From assembly GCF_000737315.1 (NCBI RefSeq), contig NZ_JMCB01000008.1, forward strand, positions 20,001-144,000: a stretch of 124,000 nucleotides of DNA, written 5' to 3'. The number at the start of each line of letters is the position of its first letter. The first letter of the stretch is position 1. Source of the stretch: Hyalangium minutum. Lineage in GTDB: Bacteria; Myxococcota; Myxococcia; Myxococcales; Myxococcaceae. A program made the translations under genes and the position numbers. Below are positions 112,825 to 121,000 of this stretch, in pieces. The notes beneath the pieces were generated by a model. The model was not told the DNA's origin. It saw nothing but the letters and a program-made list of their open reading frames with translations, and did no database searches.

Positions 112825-113925
112825 TTAACCCTGTCGCTTCGGGACAACCAAACCGCGTGCGAGACGGCGCAGCACACGCCGTTTCTGGCGCCTCTTATAG
112901 AGTTTGTGAGCATTCTCGCCCTCTTCATTAAGGCGAGCCGTCTCTTCATTCATGATCTGAAACTCAACCAGACAAAACACCACCCTCCCCTTGCGCGGAC
113001 GAATATCTTTCTCAGGGGGAGGCAGATACGCATCCATCCTCAATGGCATATCCACGATGAAGTTGAGCGCGCGGAATGTGCTACCAGAGAACTGATTGCT
113101 GGTGCGGTCTTCTCGGTCTTCGTAATCACGATCCAGATGCAGTTGTGTCGCGTACTGTTCGAAGTGCGGGTGCTCGGCCAGTACTGACTTGAACGGGAGC
113201 AGTGAGTTTTCTGTTTGCCCAGGAACCACGAAGTTGAAGGGGAACAGGCGCTGGGTCAAGAAATAGAGAATCGGGAGAATGTCTTCGTGACGCTTCGTGA
113301 TGATCCTGAACCGCGTGCGATCATAGACCTGCGCAGCCACCGTCTCCTTCTTCGCAATCAGCTTGGTGACCAACGAGTCACGCGTCTTGATGGAATGCGC
113401 GAACTCCAGCACAGGCAGACCTTTGGCCTGAATCTCCTGGGCCACACTGAGAACCTTCGCTGTCACCAAATCCGCCAGTTCCGCCTCGGAAACAGGCAAC
113501 TGGAAGAGAAGGTCACGTCCTTCAATGTGCTGGATCACGTGCATGACCTTCAGGACGATGCAGGCGATCCGGCGATACTTGGGCAGCCCCTTGGCTCCGG
113601 AGGCATATAGGAAAAGATCGTGAATCTCCGCTGGGTTCGCCACGGCCTCGGCAACCCGATAGTTGAACGTCTTGCGGAGGTACTCCACAGCGTCCGCCAG
113701 GACCGCGCGCGCCCAGGCATCGTCATACAGCCGCGAGACGTCCAGTTGGCAGAGCCGCAGGAAATGATCCACCTCGTCCCGCGATTGGAAGTGCATCCGC
113801 CGCCAATCGATAACGGACCCCCCGCGCAAGATGAGCCGCAGGCGCTCCAGTTCTCGAAGGCCCATCTCCTCCACGGTGCAGATCGGGAGTTCGGGCAGTT
113901 GGGGGATGAGAGACACGACCTTCAC
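112825..113925 (-). CDS. TIGR04552-like myxobacterial protein
   Basis: L.GGSVIDW, ACIVLKVMHVIQHI, K...SLVTKL..K, YDRTRFRI, EFQI; GTG start inferred. Confidence 0.8.
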   Translation of the reverse strand: MKVVSLIPQLPELPICTVEEMGLRELERLRLILRGGSVIDWRRMHFQSRDEVDHFLRLCQLDVSRLYDDAWARAVLADAVEYLRKTFNYRVAEAVANPAEIHDLFLYASGAKGLPKYRRIACIVLKVMHVIQHIEGRDLLFQLPVSEAELADLVTAKVLSVAQEIQAKGLPVLEFAHSIKTRDSLVTKLIAKKETVAAQVYDRTRFRIITKRHEDILPILYFLTQRLFPFNFVVPGQTENSLLPFKSVLAEHPHFEQYATQLHLDRDYEDREDRTSNQFSGSTFRALNFIVDMPLRMDAYLPPPEKDIRPRKGRVVFCLVEFQIMNEETARLNEEGENAHKLYKRRQKRRVLRRLARGLVVPKRQG

Positions 113926-114077
113926 AGCGGCGCTTCTAGCCGAGCCCGTAGGCCGGGGCAATGCAGCGGCGAAACAAAAGGCCCTCCTCCGCTTGGAAGA
114001 GGGCCTCGGTGCTGGTGCAAGGAGGAGGGCAACTTTTTCTCTGCCCGCTTGTCGTCGCGGGACCTTGCTCGCTCCGT

Positions 114078-114563
114078 TTACTTGGCCGCAACCTCACGGT
114101 TGTTGCGGTACTCCACCTGCTTCACAACCCGGCCATCCTCGGAGAACTCCTTGGCGGTCCCCTCACGCAGGCCCTCCGAGTACAGGTCCACCTTGCGGAC
114201 CTTGCCGCTGGGGTAGAACTCCACGACTTCACCGTGGAAGTTGCTGCCCTTGAACATGGCAGTCCCGGTCTTGTTGCCCTTCTCATCAAAGGAGGTCCAG
114301 AGGCCAGTGCGGAAGCCGTTCTCAGACTGCCCCTCCGCCTGCTTGGCGCCGTTCGGGTAGAAGTACACAGTGGGACCGTGAGGCTTGAACCCCTGCTCAC
114401 TCTTCTTCACGCACGCAGTGATGTCGTGCGTCGCGTCCGAACCGCCTTTCTGAACCGTCCCCGCCGGGCAGTTGAGCTTGATGGGCGACGACGCAAACGC
114501 CGCAGGGGCTACCGTCATCACAACCATCATCCCGAGAGCCTTGGTCCACTTCTTGGTCAACAT
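114078..114563 (-). CDS. Exported MORN/YwqK-repeat protein
   Basis: Signal peptide; HG....FYPNG.K..EG, G.W..FDE.G, G....FYPSG. Confidence 0.78.
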   Translation of the reverse strand: MLTKKWTKALGMMVVMTVAPAAFASSPIKLNCPAGTVQKGGSDATHDITACVKKSEQGFKPHGPTVYFYPNGAKQAEGQSENGFRTGLWTSFDEKGNKTGTAMFKGSNFHGEVVEFYPSGKVRKVDLYSEGLREGTAKEFSEDGRVVKQVEYRNNREVAAK

Positions 114564-114766
114564 GAGGTCTTCCTTTCATCCGCAGTTCGACGGCCTCACC
114601 GTCGCTGCCTAGATCAACGGGATCAATTCGGCATTATTCACGAAACTGTTCCCGCAGTTAGCTCACCTTAGAGCACTTTGAACGACAAGACCCCACTCCC
114701 GGCAAATCCGAAAGTGGGGTCATCGATGTCACCAGCAGCGTTACACAAGCTGCTGCTTATCCATGA

Positions 114767-115663
114767 CTACTGATTGAAGCTCGCGCACACGGGATTGCCA
114801 CCCGTGAAGTAGTAGCCAACCTGGATGCTCGACAGGTTCGCGCACAGGTAGGTCTGGAACTCGGCGTCCTTCAGGTTGGTCGTGCTGCGGTTGTAACCCG
114901 TGTTGGGCAGCAGGAGGCCCGAGTTGACCACGTCGAGCTTGGTCGTATCCGTCTTCACGTAGAAGAAGCCAGACAGACCATTGCGGGTGTCAGGCCAGTT
115001 CGCATCGGTCCGGTAGGCCCGGATGCTGAACACGTAAGCACCGCCGCTCGTGCAGAAGCTCGAGTTCGTCTCGTAGCGGAGCTTGGTGATCGAGTAGATC
115101 ACCGGGCCGTTGCTGGTGGTCGCGCTCCAGTCCGGACGGTTGCCGGACGGGAAGTTCTCGCAGGTCGTCGGAGCAACCGGAGCCGCCGTGCACGTGGAGC
115201 TGGAGCAGAACTGACCGTAAGAGCAGGTCGACTGCGCGGTGCCCGAGCAGGTCGTACCCGGGTTGGAGCCGGCCTTGCACTGGCCCGTCGCCGTGTCGCA
115301 GGTGCGGCCCGTGCCGCAAGCCGAGTCCGAGGTGCACTTCGGCGTGCAGACCTTGTCCAGGTTCGAGCACACCAGGTCCGTCGTTCCCTCAGAGTTGCAC
115401 AGCACGTCCGTGGAGCACTGGCACACCTGACGGTTGTCCGAGGTGCTGATCGCCGCGCACGTCTTCGCGCTCGAGGGACAGTCCGATCCCGCCGTACAGG
115501 TCTTCACACAGACCTTCGAGGACGGGTGGCAGATCTCGCCGTCGAGGCAGTCTCCATCCGCCGTGCACGTCAGGCTGGTCTCCTCATCCGCCGGGCAACC
115601 AGTCATCACCACGCTCAGCGCGCTCAGCGCGGTGAGCATCATCAACGTTTTACGAAGCTGCAT
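114767..115663 (-). CDS. Cys-rich lipoprotein
   Basis: LSVVMTGC lipobox; repeated C..D.DC..G..C units. Confidence 0.75.
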   Translation of the reverse strand: MQLRKTLMMLTALSALSVVMTGCPADEETSLTCTADGDCLDGEICHPSSKVCVKTCTAGSDCPSSAKTCAAISTSDNRQVCQCSTDVLCNSEGTTDLVCSNLDKVCTPKCTSDSACGTGRTCDTATGQCKAGSNPGTTCSGTAQSTCSYGQFCSSSTCTAAPVAPTTCENFPSGNRPDWSATTSNGPVIYSITKLRYETNSSFCTSGGAYVFSIRAYRTDANWPDTRNGLSGFFYVKTDTTKLDVVNSGLLLPNTGYNRSTTNLKDAEFQTYLCANLSSIQVGYYFTGGNPVCASFNQ

Positions 115664-115885
115664 GCTGGACTTCCTCCTGTGGGTGCCTCGCATGGGGCTT
115701 CCGGCCTCACAAGCCCCCATCCCATTCTTGCGAGCGGCGGTCGCTTTAGCCCCGCCTGTCTGGATGTGTCAACGAATGTTGACGCCCCCTCGACGCACTC
115801 CCCACTGGGAAATTCAGCGCGAACGAAAGCGGACAGCAGCACGGCCTTTTGTTACCGCCGCGCCACTGTCCGCTCGCAATCACTT

Positions 115886-117928
115886 CTAGAAAATGAACGG
115901 GAAATCGATGGGATCGCCCTGCTTCTTGTGCTTCGGAAAGTTCCAACCCTTGATGAGCCCGGAGATGCAGGTCGCCATATAGGTCTTCTTGAACTCCTCC
116001 GACTTCACCGAGACGCCCGTCGTCTTGCCGTTCGTCTGGATGACCCACCTCATCACCAGACGGCCCGTCAGGCCCGGATCCTTCTTCTTCTGCTCGTTCA
116101 CGCACTTCACGATGGCCGGCTTGTTCGCCACCACCACCGACATGATGTCCGATTGACCGAGCCGCTCGGGCACGTCGCCGCCCGGCGCGGGCGGAATGTA
116201 CGTGGACGGCGTCTTCTCGCCGCTGGCCGTCTTCCCCGCCGCAGGCTTCTTCGTCCCGAACAGATCATCGAAGTCATCGCCCAGGCCATCGTCCGACTGC
116301 TTCGACGGCTTCGACACGGCTTCGGACTTGGACGAACTCGAAGAACTCGAAGAGCTCGGACGCGAGGACTCGCCCGAAGACGGTTTCCGCTCCCCCGTCT
116401 TCGAGGAAGGCGTCACCTTCGCCACGGCCTCGGCCGCCGCAGGAGTCGCCGCCGGTGTCGTGGGAGGAGGCGTCGGCGTCGCCGCAGGAGTGGCCGCAGG
116501 CGTGGCCGGAGCCGTCCCCGCCGCAGGAGCCGCAGGTGGCGTGGCCGCAGCAACGGCTGGCGCAGGCGTCGGTGTCGGCGGGTTGGCCGCAGGGGCGCTC
116601 GGAGGCGGCTCCACCTTGGCCACCGGCGGAGTGGCCGGCTCGGGCTCCTTGGGCTGGGGAGCCGGCGTCACGGCTGCCACAGGCTCGGAAGGCGGAGGCG
116701 GCGGGCTTCGGAAAGCGAAGAAACCGCCCACCACCAAGAGCAACACCACCACGCCTCCAATGGCCGCGAACATCACGGTCTTGTTCCCACCCCCCTGAGC
116801 CGCAGGCGCCGCCGGAGGCGGATATCCCGGGTACGCGGGCTGCGGATACCCCGCCCCCGCATAGGCCGGCTGCCCGTACGCAGGCGCAGGCTGCGCGTAC
116901 GCAGGCGCAGGTGCCGGAGCAGGCGCGTACGGCATGGGCGCAGGCTGTGATGCACGCATCGGCTCGGCCGCCGCCGCCATCATCGGCGCCGCACGCGCCG
117001 CAGGTGCCATCGCGGGCTCGGGAGGCGGCAGATCCAGCAGACCCGGCGCCGAGGGCTTCTCCTCCACCGCAGGCTTCGGAGGAGGCTTGGACAGCGCGTC
117101 GTTCTCCTCCTTCACCAGCGAGGCCAGCACGCTCGCCGCCGAGGGCTTCCAGCCCGACGACGTCGGCTCCTGGCCCAGCGCCGGAGCCGCCGGAATCTCC
117201 GGACGGTTGTTCTTCGACGCAGCCCCCGCGCTGAAAGCGGACTCCACCGGCGCAGACGGAGCGGACGATGCCGCAGCCACCGATGCAGGCGCGACGATCA
117301 CCGGCTTCGCCGGACGCGGCGCGAGCACCGAGGCCAGCTCCTTCGCCTCGGAGAGTGGGATCCAGTCACTGAAGCCCGCGCGCCAGCACAGGCTGTCCGG
117401 ACCCACCTCGCCGCGATCCCAGTGCTCCTTGATCTTGTCGACGGTGAGCGGCCCCACCTGCTTCTCGTCGATGGCGACGAACCAGTCGTTCGCGGATGCC
117501 GTGGCCTTGGGATCGTCCGGCAGTTCCTCGGCCTCGGCCAGCTTGCGCATGGCCTCCGCCGAGGCCGCCTTCGCCTCCTTGGCCTTGTCATCACCCGAGC
117601 CGATCTTTTGCGAGCCCGAGTTGAGGACCTGATCGAATACCGCGCCGATCTCGTCCTCCTCGACATCCGTGAAGAGGCCACCCTCGGGCGGCGTTCCCAA
117701 CGAGGCCGGCAACGCCGCAGCGTTGGCGTTCGCGGCCCCATTGGCCGTCGTGGTGGCCGTCACAGCCGAAGCCTCGGACGAGCCATCATCCTTCGGCGCC
117801 GCGGCGCCGGCAGGACGCACCACAATGGTGTGGCCGCACTTCTTGCAACGAATCTTGACGCCCTTGGCGCCAATCTTGTCGTCGCTAATCATGTACTGCG
117901 CGCGGCAGCTGTCGCAGACGAAGCGCAT
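115886..117928 (-). CDS. gltJ: Gliding motility protein GltJ (AgmX)
   Basis: N-terminal zinc ribbon CDSC..CKKC, GYF_2 (W.VAI...GP...WR.GFSDW), TM, Pro/Ala linker, TonB_C-like tail ending FPFIF. Confidence 0.88.
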   Translation of the reverse strand: MRFVCDSCRAQYMISDDKIGAKGVKIRCKKCGHTIVVRPAGAAAPKDDGSSEASAVTATTTANGAANANAAALPASLGTPPEGGLFTDVEEDEIGAVFDQVLNSGSQKIGSGDDKAKEAKAASAEAMRKLAEAEELPDDPKATASANDWFVAIDEKQVGPLTVDKIKEHWDRGEVGPDSLCWRAGFSDWIPLSEAKELASVLAPRPAKPVIVAPASVAAASSAPSAPVESAFSAGAASKNNRPEIPAAPALGQEPTSSGWKPSAASVLASLVKEENDALSKPPPKPAVEEKPSAPGLLDLPPPEPAMAPAARAAPMMAAAAEPMRASQPAPMPYAPAPAPAPAYAQPAPAYGQPAYAGAGYPQPAYPGYPPPAAPAAQGGGNKTVMFAAIGGVVVLLLVVGGFFAFRSPPPPPSEPVAAVTPAPQPKEPEPATPPVAKVEPPPSAPAANPPTPTPAPAVAAATPPAAPAAGTAPATPAATPAATPTPPPTTPAATPAAAEAVAKVTPSSKTGERKPSSGESSRPSSSSSSSSSKSEAVSKPSKQSDDGLGDDFDDLFGTKKPAAGKTASGEKTPSTYIPPAPGGDVPERLGQSDIMSVVVANKPAIVKCVNEQKKKDPGLTGRLVMRWVIQTNGKTTGVSVKSEEFKKTYMATCISGLIKGWNFPKHKKQGDPIDFPFIF

Positions 117929-118068
117929 CGTTCCCCGCAAGTCACAGAAAAGACGGAAGAAATCCCGCCAAACCAAAATCGTAGAGGTGCTCACCGGGGG
118001 GGTCAAGGATGCGTCCCAAGACCGCCCGGTTGCCTTTCAACGGCTGAACCCTCCCCCCGATCTAACCG

Positions 118069-121000
118069 CTACTTCCTCACCTGCACCTCCACGTGCGTCC
118101 CTACGGCGACACGCAGATCATGCAGGTCCTCGGAGGTCGCAAACACCAGTAGATCCCGGAGCTTGGTGCGCGGCGGCACGCGGAAGGAGGATCCGGTCTC
118201 CCCAGTGACCATCCGCTTGGCCGGCTCCATCTCGCCCGAGGCGAAGAGCCCCGCGCGGGCCGCTGTGAGTTCTACGCCCTCCAACCAGGTGCGCACGTCC
118301 GTCGGAGTGGCCGTGGGCAGGTAGGCGCGAACCACCTTGGCGAGCGCCGCCCTGGCCGGCTCGCTGAGGTTCTTCTCCAGCAACTGCCGCGCCTCCGCAA
118401 AGTGCCGCGGATCCGCCGTGTGCCGGATCTGCACCACCATGGTCATGGCCGCCTGGAGCAGCGCCTCGAGCCGATCCGGCGCCAGCCGCTGGCTGAAGGC
118501 GAGCTCCGAGCGCGCCAGCGCGAGCGTGCGGCCCAGCAGGTAGTAGACCTCTTTCTGTCCCTGCTCCGCGAAGAACTTACCGCCCACGCGCACGCAGGCC
118601 GGGTGGGTCTGCAGCAGCTCCGCGTTGATCATCGGCTCGGGAGCGGGCTCGTTGGAGCGCCGGCTGAGCCGCTCGCGGGTGGCCATGAGGAACGGCGAGT
118701 AGAGCTCCACCGCCTCCATGCCCAACAGCCGCGCCACGTAGCGGTAGTGGTGGACGTGGTACTCCTGCGAGGTGCCGACGTCGATGCGGTGCTTCTTCGG
118801 GACGATCTGGTACTGCTGGAAGGGCACCGCGTACAGGTGCCCCACCTGCTCGAACAGGATCCCCATCAGCTCCGAGAGCGGCGTGCGCACCTTCGGGTGG
118901 AACAGGTGCGTCTGCCAGAGCCGATCCGTCAGCGCGCGCTGCGCCACTTCCTTGCGCTTGGCGTAGGGCCCCAGCTTCGTGAGGATCTCCTTCTCGTCAT
119001 CCCCCGGATCACCGATGAGGCCCCCCACCGCCTGCGCGGCCAGCCACGCCCCGTCGTAGTCCTTGCGCACCGCCAGCAGGCGCACGAGGTGGCCGCACAC
119101 CTTGCGCGGATCCTCCGTGTTCGGCAGCGCCCGGCGGAGCGCCGCGATGGCCTCCTCCTCCTTGCCCTGCACCTGGCCCGCCACCTCGGCGAAGGTCTCC
119201 TGCACCTTCGCATCCTCCGGCAGGCCCTTGGCCACCACGCCGTAGGCCGCCACCGCGCCCTCGGTGTTCTTCAGCACCTGGAGGTACAGATCGCCCAGCG
119301 CACGCCACAGTGCCATGCGCGCCACGTGGGTGTCCGGCGTCTTCGGGATGCGAGAGAGCATCCGCGCGTAGTTGTCCTCCAGCGCCTTCCACTGGCTGGC
119401 CTGCCCCAGCATCGCCTCGAGCGCGCTGAAGGCCTCCACGAAGCGGTGATCCAGGTCCAGGGCGCGGTTGAACGCCTCGGCGGCGCCCTCCACGTCCTTC
119501 GCCTCGTCACGGCGGATCTCCGCCAGCGCGAACCACACCCGCTTGGCCTTGTGCGGCTCGGCGGCCAGGGCGGGCAGCGACAGCATCCGCTGCAGCACGT
119601 CCGCCGCTTTGTGCCCCTGGCGCGTCTCGCGCAGCAGCACGTACAGCTTGTCCATCACCTCGGGCGCATCCGGCTGCTCCCTGAGGGCGCCGCTGAACGC
119701 GTCGATGGCCATGTACGGGTCCTTCAGCATCTCCCGCGCGATCTCGCCCAGTTCCAGCAAGACCTTTGCCTTGGCCTCGCCGTCCAGCACGTTGACGAGT
119801 TGCTGGCGCAGTTCGGCGGACTTCTCGTACTGGCGCGCCTTGTCCATCAGCGCCACCAGGGCCCGCAGGGACGGCTCGTGCCCCGGGTCGATGGCCAGCG
119901 CTTTCTCGAAGTGGTTCTGCGCGCGGTCCGCGTGGCCCAGCGCGGCCAGCACGTCACCGAGCTGCCAGTAGACTTCCACCACTTCCAGGTCCGTGAGGCT
120001 CTCGCGGTGGTGGATGAGGATGGCCTGGAACACCTTCAGCGCGTCGTCGTAGCGCTTGGACTGCACCAGCAGGTTGCCGAAGCTCTCCAGGTTGGCCAGG
120101 TACCGTGAGTCCAGACCGTAGGACTTCTCGTACGCATCGAGCGCCTTCTCGCGCTTGCCCAGCTTCTCCGACACGTAGCCGAGCCGGTACAGCTGCCGCG
120201 ACAGATCCACCGTCACGGCGCCGTCCTTCTCCGCGATGGCCTTCTCCGCCATCTTCCGGACGACGATGTCCAGCATCTTCTCGCCGAGCATCCAGTCCTC
120301 GCGAGCGATGTAGACGTCCGCCAGTGGGCGCGCCGCCTCGAGGCTGTCCGGGACGTGCTTGAGTACCTCCTCGAAGTAGTGAGTGGCTGTCTGCTGATCC
120401 TGCCGCGTCTCCGCGTGGTACTTCGCCACGTCCAGCAGCGCGCGGGCCTTGGCCTGCGGATCATCGGAGCTCTGGGCCTCCTGGAGCAGCGTCTGCTCGT
120501 AGCCGCCCCAGTCCTGATCCTGCTCCTGAATGCCCTTGAGGGCGCGGATGCTGGGCAGGTACCCCGGGTCGATCGCGAGCGCCTGCTGGTAGCTGGACTT
120601 CGCGCTCCCCGTGTCCATCAACATGTCTTCGTTGATCTTGCCCATGCGGTGGTACAGCTCCACCGCCTCCGGCGACTGACCGAGCACCTGCGCCTCGAGC
120701 CGCAGCATCTCCAGCGCGTCCGGCCAGTTGCCGCTGCGCTCGTACAGCTTGCCCAGGGCGTTCAGCGCCGGCCGGCACGAGGGCTCCACCTGCAGCGCGT
120801 ACTGGTAGCTGGCCACCGCGCGGTCCACCGCCTTGAGCTGCTGGTGATAGACGGTGCCCATCTCCACGTAGAGCTCGGCCTGCTCCTTCGGCTCGGTCGT
120901 CAGCGACAGCTGACGCTCGTAGGCGACGATGAGATCCTCCCAGCGCTCCTGCATGCGCCGCAGCCGGATCAGCGTCTTGATGGCCTGCATGTTCGTCTGG

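Noticed and set aside
116300-117100. Pro/Ala/Ser low-complexity repeats in gltJ (and the CheA linker at 48150-48500)
   Set aside because: Ordinary flexible linkers of these protein families
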